A stretch of DNA of 64,000 nucleotides from a virus (taxonomy: Duplodnaviria > Caudoviricetes), in IMG/VR virus record IMGVR_UViG_3300020576_006644, positions 48,624-112,623 of that record; one strand, given 5' to 3'. This document shows, piece after piece, positions 45,822 through 54,804 of the stretch. The position numbers were made by a program, and so were the translations under genes. The notes under the pieces are model-generated. The model was given only the letters and a program-made list of their open reading frames with translations, was not told the DNA's origin and did no database searches. The stretch's first letter is position 1. Every line of letters begins with the position of its first letter.

Positions 45822-46031
45822 CTAAGCCTTTCCTACCAGCTGAGCCGCTTCGCCTAGCTTGATTATCGCGTTCGTGAAGCCTAGCTTCATCTCCGGACCA
45901 AAACCAGCGGTTATCACGTCCTCACGCGCATCCGCCATCGCTCGCTCAGCATCCTGAACTAGGCGCAGCGCCTTAGCTCGCTTGCGGTCTATGCGGAGGA
46001 CTAGAGCTCTCTGTTCTTTAGGTGTGAGCAT
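45822..46031 (-). CDS. Hypothetical protein (AT-richer island)
   Basis: ORF track. Confidence 0.55.
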   Translation of the reverse strand: MLTPKEQRALVLRIDRKRAKALRLVQDAERAMADAREDVITAGFGPEMKLGFTNAIIKLGEAAQLVGKA

Positions 46032-46038
46032 GGTTAAG

Positions 46039-46182
46039 CTAGCGCTTTTTATTAGCTTGGCTGTACTTCTTAACCATCGCTACGATAAAATCGTTTTCTT
46101 CTTTGGTAAGCGACTTTTTGGCGTCAGCCACGCGCTTAGACCAAGAATCTTCTTTGACCAGCTTGGTTTTCTTGTTCGCCAT
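46039..46182 (-). CDS. Small basic protein (MANKKTK...)
   Basis: Manual translation; first gene after the leftward sigma54-like promoter. Confidence 0.5.
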   Translation of the reverse strand: MANKKTKLVKEDSWSKRVADAKKSLTKEENDFIVAMVKKYSQANKKR

Positions 46183-46214
46183 GATGTCCAAACAACCTAG
46201 CACGCATCATGCCA
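46178..46214 (-). promoter_or_regulatory. sigma54-type promoter (leftward copy)
   Basis: TGGCATG-ATGC-GTGCT; 32/37 nt identical to the rightward copy. Confidence 0.65.
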
Positions 46215-46356
46215 GATCCTAAAGTCCGCAAAGATCAAGGACTTCATCTAGTGTAGCCTGCGCAGATCCACAGTTTTCTGATACGCAACCTCAGTTTCCT
46301 AGAATCACGTCGCTGGTCAAATACCGTGCCAACTTTTACACTCGGAAGTTAGGTAA

Positions 46357-46372
46357 CTGAAACTGCGTTCAG
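46357..46372. promoter_or_regulatory. LexA-box-like operator
   Basis: CTGAAA-CTGC-GTTCAG. Confidence 0.5.
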
Positions 46373-46456
46373 TAGTCTCAGAAAACTGAGGATTAGCCGG
46401 TTCGTAAATGGTTGAACCTTTTGTCTAGCCGTCGGTGAGCTTGTGAAGACGTGTGT

Positions 46457-46493
46457 TGGCACGATGTCTGCTATGTTGTTTGGTCATCATGGC
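46457..46493 (+). promoter_or_regulatory. sigma54-type promoter (rightward copy)
   Basis: TGGCACG-ATGT-CTGCT fits the -24/-12 consensus. Confidence 0.7.
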
Positions 46494-46788
46494 AAAGTCG
46501 CTCACACCACTAGAAGTAGAACAGATCATAAGCGGTACCTGGCGCTATCGGCAAGCCGCAAGCGAGGAAGCGCTTAAGGTGCGCCGCGAAGCGATGGCCA
46601 AGCATGAGGCACGCTTCAGTAAACTAGAGCAATTCAAGGCTTTAAGCAAGCAACGGCGTGAGGAAGTTGTGAGCGTGTTTCGCCAGACTTGCCTAGGTTG
46701 GCGCACGCCGATCGGTTACAGCGTAAACGGTAAGGTTGACCAAGCTGTCACTAGGTTGTGTGCGCAGGCTGCTAAAGGTTGGAAGTAG
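46489..46788 (+). CDS. Hypothetical protein (AT-richer island)
   Basis: First gene after the sigma54-like promoter. Confidence 0.55.
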   Translation: MAKSLTPLEVEQIISGTWRYRQAASEEALKVRREAMAKHEARFSKLEQFKALSKQRREEVVSVFRQTCLGWRTPIGYSVNGKVDQAVTRLCAQAAKGWK

Positions 46789-46792
46789 CATC

Positions 46793-47212
46793 ATGACCGC
46801 CATACGTAAAACCGGCCTAGTCCACTTCTACCGCATCATAGGTACACCTACGGTAGTCGCGGAAGTCCTAGAGCCTGGCGACCTAGCCAGCACGCACAGC
46901 AGCGTTACCACGGTGAACGGCAAGTGGTACGGTACGCTAGGTACGCGTGTACTTCCGAAGGAAGTGGATGTACTGCCGTACGGTAACGAGCGCCTTGACG
47001 CTGTGATGGCTCACAGAATAAAACAAGCGGATTTTATCCGCAAGGCGCTGGCTCAGTTAGTAGATGAGGTAGCCGAGCATTTTCAACGGACTACAGCGGT
47101 ATTTGATGGATACCGTTACGAGTGGTCAGACCAGATCTTCGCGGACTTCCTGTCAAGCCGCGACTCGTCGGCTAACTACCTTCCTGTTGAGTGGACAGAG
47201 TACAAGGAGTAG
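46793..47212 (+). CDS. Hypothetical protein
   Basis: Operon packing. Confidence 0.55.
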   Translation: MTAIRKTGLVHFYRIIGTPTVVAEVLEPGDLASTHSSVTTVNGKWYGTLGTRVLPKEVDVLPYGNERLDAVMAHRIKQADFIRKALAQLVDEVAEHFQRTTAVFDGYRYEWSDQIFADFLSSRDSSANYLPVEWTEYKE

Positions 47213-47217
47213 TCAAC

Positions 47218-47439
47218 ATGGCAACGGTTCACACAGTCGTTTACTTCGACGAGTCGCGCGGTAGCGGTCCGGCCGGCGACTGCTCGCACACTGCGCGGTT
47301 TACCAAGATCAAGCGAGCGCAGGACTTTGCCAAAGGTAAGTTCCTGTATGGTCAGCCTGCGACCGTTGACACGGACTCAGACGTTCCGGCGAAGTTGTTC
47401 GCGCGGTGGATGCGCGAAGGAAAGATCGTGCAAGGATGA
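47218..47439 (+). CDS. Hypothetical protein
   Basis: RBS AAGGAG. Confidence 0.55.
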   Translation: MATVHTVVYFDESRGSGPAGDCSHTARFTKIKRAQDFAKGKFLYGQPATVDTDSDVPAKLFARWMREGKIVQG

Positions 47440-47684
47440 ACGCAGAAATTGCAGCTATCGTGAATGAAGCGCTCGCTCAATATGGAGCAAAACTAGATCA
47501 GGATGATTTTATCGAAAAAAACGGAAGGTCTAGTATCAAAGTTGTTGTCCGAGGAAAGCGTCTACGCTTTGAAGGTGTTGGCGGCATGCGCGACGGAAGT
47601 AACATGCTTATGTCCAGCGGACCGATAACAGCTGACAGCGTTTGCAACTTCGTAGAAAAGTTTTGGTTTTGGAAGAAAGGCTAA
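47436..47684 (+). CDS. Hypothetical protein
   Basis: ATGA-coupled. Confidence 0.55.
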   Translation: MNAEIAAIVNEALAQYGAKLDQDDFIEKNGRSSIKVVVRGKRLRFEGVGGMRDGSNMLMSSGPITADSVCNFVEKFWFWKKG

Positions 47685-47686
47685 AC

Positions 47687-48142
47687 ATGTTCGACCTAGA
47701 TCTAGACAACCTACCGCGCGCAGTGCGAGCGATGAAGTGTCAAGCGCTCGCTGGCGAGCTTGCCAAGCTGCGCGCAGAGATAGTGCGCGGACCTAACGAC
47801 GGTGAGCGCGATCGGCGCAAGGAACTTGACGCGGCGGCAAACGCCATCGAAGAGGAGATCGCGCACGCCATCGGGACGCCGGAGCAGCGAGCTCTGGAAG
47901 CAGCGCAGTCCGTTCTCGAAGGCGCGCTTGCGCAGGCTCTCGCCGACTCCGCGAAATACGGGGCCGAGGGTGCGCAGGTTTGGCTTGACCGCTTGCAGGG
48001 GCTCAAGCTGCCGGCAAAGCAGCCGTCACCCTACACGAGCGAGGCGGAGGATAAGCTGGCTCGCGTTCGAGCTGCGCTCACCCTCCCCATCGTCGAGACG
48101 GCGCGCCTGGTGGAAATCCACAAGATCCTGGGTGACGCGTGA
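47687..48142 (+). CDS. Hypothetical helical protein
   Basis: Operon packing. Confidence 0.55.
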   Translation: MFDLDLDNLPRAVRAMKCQALAGELAKLRAEIVRGPNDGERDRRKELDAAANAIEEEIAHAIGTPEQRALEAAQSVLEGALAQALADSAKYGAEGAQVWLDRLQGLKLPAKQPSPYTSEAEDKLARVRAALTLPIVETARLVEIHKILGDA

Positions 48143-48384
48143 CAGCCGCCAGCATCGAGATCATCAAGTGGACCTACCCGCACCAGATCGGCACGCACAA
48201 TGCCTTGACGATGGCTGCCGGGATAGCCATCGGCCGCGGTAAGCCGGCCGACCCATCTCTGGCGATGACGACCGACGCCACCGGCTTCTCCCTCGCGCTC
48301 GTGTGGGACGACGACGCCGAGATCTGCCTGCGCGTGGACACCTCGACGTGGCAGGGCGCGCTGCGCCTCTTGCTCGCCAGCTGA
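48139..48384 (+). CDS. Hypothetical protein
   Basis: GTGA-coupled. Confidence 0.5.
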   Translation: MTAASIEIIKWTYPHQIGTHNALTMAAGIAIGRGKPADPSLAMTTDATGFSLALVWDDDAEICLRVDTSTWQGALRLLLAS

Positions 48385-48402
48385 ACGCACGTTCCGGGTT
48401 GC
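48381..48402 (+). promoter_or_regulatory. LexA-box-like operator fused to -35
   Basis: CTGAAC-GCAC-GTTCCG-GGTTGC. Confidence 0.65.
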
Positions 48403-48435
48403 CGGCTGCTCGCCAGCCGGGGTACACCGCGAGCC

Positions 48436-49392
48436 ATGACCAAGCCCCAGCCACTCACCTCTCCCCTCAAGTACCCCGGCGGCAAGCGCAAGCTGTTCGC
48501 CGAGATCAACAAGCGGCTCCCGTCGGGCAGCTTCAAGTACGCCGAGCCGTTCTGGGGTGGCGGCTCCATCGGCGTGCGGCTGGCCGGGGAGGGACGGCTC
48601 GTCCAGCTGGTGGCCGGGGAGGCGTGCGGTCCGGTGCGGGCGTTCTGGGAGGCGCTGGCTGGGAGGCTGAGGAATGTGGCCTTTGCCGATTTGCTTCAGC
48701 GAGCAAGCAAGCGGACGTTTGAAGACCCACAAGCCGCCTTCAACGACCATCGCGAGGCCTTGAACTGCTACGCGGCGAACGGGGTGCAGCCTGGAGCCTA
48801 TGACTACGCAGGCGCGCTGCTCCTCACCCTCAACAAGACCTGCATGAACGGCCTTGTCCGCTTCAACAGCAAAGGCGAGTTCAACGTCCCCATCGGCCGA
48901 CGGCAGGACGGCAGCTTCTACCGCTTCCAGCCGGACTTCGAGCACCTGGACCGGGTGCGAGCCGCGCTGGTCGGCGCGCAGTTTGAGGTCTGGCCCCACT
49001 GGATGAGCGTCCTGGGGCGGATTCCGCAGGACGACGCCAGCGGCTGGGCGATCTACGCCGACCCACCCTACACCGGGGGGTTCGTCGACTACACCGCCGA
49101 GGGATGGCACTCGGACGACGACATTGAGCTGTTCGAGGACCTGCGTACACAGGGTGAGCGTGGCGCTCGCGTCATCCTCAGCCAGCCTGACACCGAGTGG
49201 GCCAGGGACTGCTGCTCAAGCCTCCTCAAGGGCTGGCAGGTCGACAAGCTGGAGGTGGGGCGGCCCATCAACAGCGATGGCCAGGGCCGCGGGCCGGTGG
49301 GGGAGCTGCTCATCTGGAACAAGCCCGCCGAGACCGTTGTGGTAGACATGCGGCCGACGGTGGACGCGCTTTTCGACGAGGGACCCGTATGA
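48436..49392 (+). CDS. dam: Dam-like (D12 class) DNA adenine methyltransferase
   Basis: LKYPGGK, EPFWGGGS, NGLVRFNSKGEFNVPIG, YADPPY, ELLIWN. Confidence 0.9.
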   Translation: MTKPQPLTSPLKYPGGKRKLFAEINKRLPSGSFKYAEPFWGGGSIGVRLAGEGRLVQLVAGEACGPVRAFWEALAGRLRNVAFADLLQRASKRTFEDPQAAFNDHREALNCYAANGVQPGAYDYAGALLLTLNKTCMNGLVRFNSKGEFNVPIGRRQDGSFYRFQPDFEHLDRVRAALVGAQFEVWPHWMSVLGRIPQDDASGWAIYADPPYTGGFVDYTAEGWHSDDDIELFEDLRTQGERGARVILSQPDTEWARDCCSSLLKGWQVDKLEVGRPINSDGQGRGPVGELLIWNKPAETVVVDMRPTVDALFDEGPV

Positions 49393-49649
49393 GCGACGAC
49401 AACGAGATCGTCAGCCTGGAGGCGTTCCGGCTGGCTAAGAAGCCCCCGGAGCCGGCAGCGCCCGACGACAAGGCTGCGATGATCGACCTGCTGCTGAAAG
49501 CCGTCGGGGAGGTGGAGAGTGGGAAGTTGCGCGGGTTCGTGATCGCCCGCAACTACGACGGGGAGTCGACCGTCGAGTTCCGCGGACAGCATCACCGCCC
49601 GAGCGTGCTGTGGCTGTTGGAGCGCATGAAGAAGGCGATCCTCCCGTGA
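49389..49649 (+). CDS. Hypothetical protein
   Basis: ATGA-coupled. Confidence 0.6.
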   Translation: MSDDNEIVSLEAFRLAKKPPEPAAPDDKAAMIDLLLKAVGEVESGKLRGFVIARNYDGESTVEFRGQHHRPSVLWLLERMKKAILP

Positions 49650-49842
49650 GCCGAGACAAGCTGCCACGGCCAATCTTGGCCTTTTGGGGTCGCGTCACCC
49701 GCGCGCTCGACCGGGAGAAGCCCAAGGAGCGGCACTTCCCCGCCGGCTGCCGCGTGGAGGCCTGGGACTTCGGCGAGCGGCAGGTCCTAGTCCTCAGCGG
49801 GCGCGGGCAGGTGTCCACCTACTCGGGGGAGGCTCCCTCGGC

Positions 49843-50277
49843 ATGAACAAGGAGAACCTGATGCGCGTGCTCATCACCGGCGGACCCAAGACGGGCAAGA
49901 CGACCCTGGCCGAGCAGCTGGGCTCGGCCTATGGCGAGCCACTTCACACCGATGACCTGATTGGTCGCCTTGATTGGTCCGAGGCGAGTGCGAAGGTGGC
50001 GGAGTGGATGCAGGAGCCCGCGCCGTGGATCATCGAAGGTGTCGCCGTCCCGCGGGCGCTGCGCAAGTGGCTGGCCGCCAACCCGACCGGGAAGCCGGCC
50101 GACAAGGTGATCTTTCTCGGCAAGCCCTGGCAGGAGTTGTCACCAGGCCAGTTGGCGATGACCAAGGGACTGGTGACGGTGTGGAAGGAGGTCGTCGGGG
50201 AGCTGGTCGCCCGCGGCGTCGAGCTGGTCTTCGATCCCGAATCCCTCTTCGAGATGACCGTCACGCCGGCCAGCTAG
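49843..50277 (+). CDS. P-loop NMP-kinase-like protein
   Basis: VLITGGPKTGKTT, LHTDD, WIIEG. Confidence 0.75.
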   Translation: MNKENLMRVLITGGPKTGKTTLAEQLGSAYGEPLHTDDLIGRLDWSEASAKVAEWMQEPAPWIIEGVAVPRALRKWLAANPTGKPADKVIFLGKPWQELSPGQLAMTKGLVTVWKEVVGELVARGVELVFDPESLFEMTVTPAS

Positions 50278-50313
50278 CTTTCCGTTTCCCTCTCGGGTAG
50301 CCTCTCGGGCTGC

Positions 50314-51888
50314 ATGCCCGCTCTCGCCGTTGACTACCGCCGAAAATCCCTCGCTGAGCAGGAAGCCGAGATCCACAGGATGGAGCTCGGGGCGGCGCGC
50401 CGCAGCTCGGCGGCGCTCGCCCGCTACGTCATGCGGGACGAGAAGGGGCAGCCATTCAAGCAGGCGCCGTTTCACCGGGAATGGCACCAGCTGCTCAGCC
50501 TCTCGTCGCTGGCCTTCCAGCGCCAGCACGGCTACCTCCCCACGCAGCTGCAGCCCGGCGACCGCCTCATCATCGAAGGAGCGGCGGAGCTGGGCAAGTC
50601 GCTGCAGCTCCTGGCCTACTGCGCCTTCCTCATCGGCCTCGACCCCACGATCCGCATCGTCATCGTCAGCAAGAACAAGGAGAAGGCCGCCCAGCTGCTG
50701 TCGGCGCTGGTCAAGATCCTCGTCTCACCACAGTACCGGGAGGTGTTCCCGGGGCGGTCGGTGCAGGGCTACAACGTCCACACCATCCGCGTCAACGGCT
50801 GGGACGGGCGCAACCCGACGGTGCAGGCCTACCAGTTCAAGGGTGCCCCCATCACCGGCAACCGCGTCGATGTCGCCATCTTCGACGACATCCTCGACTC
50901 GGTGAACACCCGCACCGAGGACCTGCGGACCGAGTACTTCAACTTCTACAAGAACACCTTCATCTCCCGGCTCACCCCCAGGGGGCAGGTGGTCTTCGTC
51001 AGCAACAGCTGGCACCCGCGCGACCTCATGCACCGGCTGAAAAACGAGCCGATGTGGACCTACCGCCGCTACCCCATCTGGGAGCGCAAGACCCCGGGCG
51101 GGCCGCTCGTGTCCCTGTGGCCCGAGCAGTGGCCAATCTCCCGCATCGAGCAGCGCAAGGCTGAGTTCGCCGACGATGTGCGCTACTTCGAGCGGGTCTA
51201 CGAGTGCATCGCCATCGACGACACTGCCAGTGTGTGGGACCCGGCTTGGATAAAGATCGCCCAGGCGCAGGGGACCGGGCTGCGGATGGTCAGCTCGCTG
51301 GCCGAGGCCCAAGGGGAGTTCTTCCGCTCGGTCACGATCGGCGTGGACCTGGCCACCTGCCGCCCGCAGGCGCGCCGGCAGACCGACGAATCGGCTTTCG
51401 TGGTCAACGGTTACCGGGCCGACGGCAAGAAGCGGCTCCTGTGCGTGGAGGCTGGGCGGCTGCACGGCCCGCAGATCGTGGCCAAGATCAAGGACCTGCG
51501 GCGCCGCTTTCACCCCGCCATCCCGTGGGTCGAGGTCAACGCGGCCCAGATGTTCATCGCCGACTTCTGCAAGCAGCAGGGGCCGGACGGGTCAGACCCT
51601 ATCCCGGTTCGTTGTTTTCAAACAACGGCCCAGAACAAATACGACGCACGTTTTGGGGTCGAGGCGCTAGGTACGGAAATGTCCGCCGGAATCCACGTAT
51701 TCCCAGACGTGAAGCAGGGAGATCCATACTACGTGGAGTACCAGAAGCTGATCCAGAATATGATGACGTACGACCCCGGCGCGCACGCTGGAGATCGCTT
51801 GATGGCTTATTGGATAAGCAACGAGGGGCTACGTCTTGGAAGCGGCGTGACTACGGTTGTGCAGGGCGTGCACGCTGCGGCGCGTTAG
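50314..51888 (+). CDS. terL: Terminase large subunit
   Basis: Walker A GAAELGKS, ITGNRVDVAIFDD, WHP.DL, LWPEQW, RNase H-like GVDLA...TDES, GDRLMA. Confidence 0.9.
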   Translation: MPALAVDYRRKSLAEQEAEIHRMELGAARRSSAALARYVMRDEKGQPFKQAPFHREWHQLLSLSSLAFQRQHGYLPTQLQPGDRLIIEGAAELGKSLQLLAYCAFLIGLDPTIRIVIVSKNKEKAAQLLSALVKILVSPQYREVFPGRSVQGYNVHTIRVNGWDGRNPTVQAYQFKGAPITGNRVDVAIFDDILDSVNTRTEDLRTEYFNFYKNTFISRLTPRGQVVFVSNSWHPRDLMHRLKNEPMWTYRRYPIWERKTPGGPLVSLWPEQWPISRIEQRKAEFADDVRYFERVYECIAIDDTASVWDPAWIKIAQAQGTGLRMVSSLAEAQGEFFRSVTIGVDLATCRPQARRQTDESAFVVNGYRADGKKRLLCVEAGRLHGPQIVAKIKDLRRRFHPAIPWVEVNAAQMFIADFCKQQGPDGSDPIPVRCFQTTAQNKYDARFGVEALGTEMSAGIHVFPDVKQGDPYYVEYQKLIQNMMTYDPGAHAGDRLMAYWISNEGLRLGSGVTTVVQGVHAAAR

Positions 51889-52736
51889 AGGTTATTTACG
51901 ACTTTGGCGATAAACCGTTGGAGATTCTCCGGGTTGGCGATAAAGGCTATGGCGGTGTGCTCCAGATCGTCGGCAGTTAGATCCGCAACATTGATGCCCG
52001 CGTGAATACACAGTCGCACCACCGCTTTAAGAGCCTCTGCCTCTGATGCTGTAAACGACAAGACCGTGGGGTCCTTGGCTTCTTCTATCGCAGCCAGCTG
52101 GTCCCAATAGTCTTTGTTGTGCATATCCGGGTCTGGGCCTGCATCCACATGCGGCAGCCCGAGCTGGGTGTGCTCCACCGCTCTTGGTGCCCAGCCAACG
52201 GTCGTGTACTCCGCGACCTGCTGCGCACCACCCTGTGACAGGACCCGCTCCACGATCCGGGCGATGTCCTCGACGGTCTTGACCGCCTCCAGGTCCTGCA
52301 TGTCCTCGGGGATGTCGACCTCGAAGCGTTCCTCCATCGCCAGGACCAGCTCGACGAGCCCCAGGGAGTCGAAGCCGATCTTGTCGAGGACGGTCTCCGG
52401 GGTGACTTCGCCCACCGGCAGCTGCGCCTGCTCGGCGACCACCAGAAGCACCCGGTCCATGACCGAGCTGGTGTTCGGCGCGGCGACCCGCTTGAGCGCC
52501 TCCTTGGCCTCGGCGACCGTGATGCTCCGGGCAAACGGGGTGATGTCGACCTGCTCGCCGTCCACGGGCTTGACGCCGGCTGCCGCGAGCCGCCGCCCGA
52601 GCGCCAGGAAGGCTCCGCTGCCGAGGAAGGCGTGCGGGGACTCAGTGACGAACTGGCTGATCCGGTCCACGAGGTCAACCTCGCCCGGGGTGCGGCCGGT
52701 GATGGCCAGGGTGGCTATGGCTGCGCTGATCTTCAT
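51885..52736 (-). CDS. Acyl carrier protein (ACP) domain fusion protein
   Basis: Central IGFDSLGLVELVLAMEERFEVDIP...VKTVEDI with the phosphopantetheine Ser; unknown flanking regions. Confidence 0.8.
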   Translation of the reverse strand: MKISAAIATLAITGRTPGEVDLVDRISQFVTESPHAFLGSGAFLALGRRLAAAGVKPVDGEQVDITPFARSITVAEAKEALKRVAAPNTSSVMDRVLLVVAEQAQLPVGEVTPETVLDKIGFDSLGLVELVLAMEERFEVDIPEDMQDLEAVKTVEDIARIVERVLSQGGAQQVAEYTTVGWAPRAVEHTQLGLPHVDAGPDPDMHNKDYWDQLAAIEEAKDPTVLSFTASEAEALKAVVRLCIHAGINVADLTADDLEHTAIAFIANPENLQRFIAKVVNNL

Positions 52737-52751
52737 AGTGTCGTCTCCTTT

Positions 52752-52925
52752 TGGAAAGAGCGCGCGAACCAGCCCCGCTGAGGGTCAGGCTTTCCACCGC
52801 ACATGGTCGTGTCTTTCTCGCCTCCGAAGGAGAACCCGTCCAGCGGGGTTGCACCTCGGCAGATCGCTAAGTCGTCCCATCGGCATTGGGCACCGCAAAA
52901 GCGGCTTGTTCAGCCTCGCGCTCTA
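52752..52925 (-). ncRNA. Structured leader RNA or ncRNA upstream of the ACP-domain gene
   Basis: Terminal AGAGCGCG/CGCGCTCT helix, CCCCGCTG/CAGCGGGG helix, CCGC-TTTT-GCGG and CTCC-TTCG-GAG hairpins. Confidence 0.5.
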
Positions 52926-52952
52926 CCCTTTTCACCGATCCGCGTGCGCCGC

Positions 52953-52974
52953 ACAATCCCGAACATTCGTTCAG
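52953..52974. promoter_or_regulatory. LexA-box-like operator between divergent ACP leader and portal
   Basis: ACAATC-CCGAAC-ATTC-GTTCAG. Confidence 0.65.
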
Positions 52975-52998
52975 GGCGGCGCTGTATCCTGCCCTTAA

Positions 52999-54771
52999 AT
53001 GATGTTCTCCAGGCAAGCCGACGCGACCGCCACCGCCTTCCCCGTCTCCGCCAAGATCCTCACCGGGAACGATGTCCGGCACTACCCCTCGGGGCAGGGC
53101 GGGCTGGACTTCTCCCCCCAGCAGCAGGAGCTCAACGCCAAGTGGGCCTGGTACACCGGCAGCCAGTACGCCGGGTGCCGCTACGACTGGCAGGGGGCGC
53201 GGCTGGACGGCCCCACCAGCACCCTGGCCAAGGCGCTCGTCCCGCAGTCGACCGGCATCCCGCCGGGCTTCGCCAACATGGCGCCGCCGCGGATGGCTGA
53301 GCGGCGGCCAAGCGCGCCGCACCGCCTCGTTGCCCGGGTGGTGGACCGCTTCACCTCGCTGCTGTTCGCCGAGGACGCCCACCCCATCATCCGGGTGGTC
53401 GGCGACGAGGACACCGGGCACTGGCTCGCCAGCTTCGCCTCGACGAGCCGGCTGTGGGCCAAGATGCAGCTGGCGCGGACCATCGGCGGGGCGCAGGGCG
53501 CGGTGGCGGTCGGCTTCCGCTACATCGAGGGCGCGCCGCGCGTCGAGCCTATAGACGTGCGGTGGGGCCGCCCGATCTGGCTCGACAAGGAGGCGCTCAT
53601 CTTGCGGGCGCTGGATATCCGCTATCAGGTGCCGGCCACCATCCGCAGGAACAAGCGCAGCCAGCCCGAGACCTGCTACTACTGGGTCCGGCGCCTCATC
53701 TCCGATCAGGCCGAGATCTGGTACAAGCCGGTTTGGGCTTCGGAGTGCCCGGCGCTGACGCTGGATGACGGGACCAAGGTGGAGGCCGGCGACGGGCAGG
53801 AGCCTCCCTGGCGGCTGCTCATCGACGAGGGGCGCTCCGTCCGCCACGACCTCGGGTTCTGCCCGGTGGTGTGGATGCAGAACCTGCCCCACCACGAGAG
53901 CGTCTACGGGCGGGCCGACTGCGACGGGCTCTACGAGCAGGCCCTGGACCTCGACCGCCTCCGCGCCGGCATCTCGATGGCGTGCAGCGCCAACATGGAC
54001 CCCACCCTCGTCATGGAGAACGAGGACGGCGTCTTCCCCCAGCAGCTCCGCAAGGGCAGCGGCCACGGGATCGGCATCCGCATCCCCGGTAAGGTCAGCT
54101 ACCTGGAGATCTCGGGGGCCGGCATCCAGCTGGCCATGGACCACTTCAAGGAGGCGCGGGACAGCTTCTTCGAGGAGGCCGAGTGCTTGGAGTCGTTCAC
54201 CCGATCCGGCGGCCCGCCGCAGACCGCCTTCGAGGTGGGGGCCAAGCTCGGGCCGCAGCAGTCCAAGGTCAGCATGTTCCGCGAGCAGTACGGGCAGGGC
54301 GTCCGGCGCCTACTCGACTTGGCAATGCGGGCGGCCCGCGTCCTGGAGTCGCGCGGGGAGGAGGTCCGGCTGGAGCCGCGGATCATCAAGCCCGAGGAGG
54401 AGGGGGAGAGCGAGCGCGTGGAGCCGGTGCGCCTGGGGCCTGAGGGCAGCTACCTCGACGTGACCTGGCCGCCGATCAGCCGCCCGACCTCCGCCGAGGT
54501 CCAGGCCGCCGTCACCTCCGCAGCCGCCGCCGTCCAGGGGGGCGTCGTCGACCAGAAGACCGCCACCAAGTTCGCCGCCCCGTTCCTCGGGGTCGACGAC
54601 CTGAACGCGCTGCAGGCCCGGATGGAGAAGAAGGCCGAGGAGCAGCAGGCACAGGCGGAGCAGCTCGGGCAGCCGCCACCCGGTCCCGGTGGCGCGCCAC
54701 CCAAGCCGGCCGGTTTCCCCAAGCTACCCAAAGCTCCCAAGCCGCCCGGCGGGCCGGCAAGTCCGGGGTAG
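52999..54771 (+). CDS. Portal protein (SPP1-like)
   Basis: Position after TerL, size, W.Y.G.QY, HDLGFCPVVW..N, G.AD, Pro-rich tail. Confidence 0.8.
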   Translation: MMFSRQADATATAFPVSAKILTGNDVRHYPSGQGGLDFSPQQQELNAKWAWYTGSQYAGCRYDWQGARLDGPTSTLAKALVPQSTGIPPGFANMAPPRMAERRPSAPHRLVARVVDRFTSLLFAEDAHPIIRVVGDEDTGHWLASFASTSRLWAKMQLARTIGGAQGAVAVGFRYIEGAPRVEPIDVRWGRPIWLDKEALILRALDIRYQVPATIRRNKRSQPETCYYWVRRLISDQAEIWYKPVWASECPALTLDDGTKVEAGDGQEPPWRLLIDEGRSVRHDLGFCPVVWMQNLPHHESVYGRADCDGLYEQALDLDRLRAGISMACSANMDPTLVMENEDGVFPQQLRKGSGHGIGIRIPGKVSYLEISGAGIQLAMDHFKEARDSFFEEAECLESFTRSGGPPQTAFEVGAKLGPQQSKVSMFREQYGQGVRRLLDLAMRAARVLESRGEEVRLEPRIIKPEEEGESERVEPVRLGPEGSYLDVTWPPISRPTSAEVQAAVTSAAAAVQGGVVDQKTATKFAAPFLGVDDLNALQARMEKKAEEQQAQAEQLGQPPPGPGGAPPKPAGFPKLPKAPKPPGGPASPG

Positions 54772-54798
54772 ACCTGAGCGCGCGTTCAGCGCTACATT
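54769..54798 (+). promoter_or_regulatory. Leaderless promoter with LexA-box-like operator overlapping the -35/-10 spacer
   Basis: TAGACC-18-TACATT-6-ATG; CTGAGC-GCGC-GTTCAG at 54774-54789. Confidence 0.65.
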
Positions 54799-54804
54799 CC
54801 GCGC

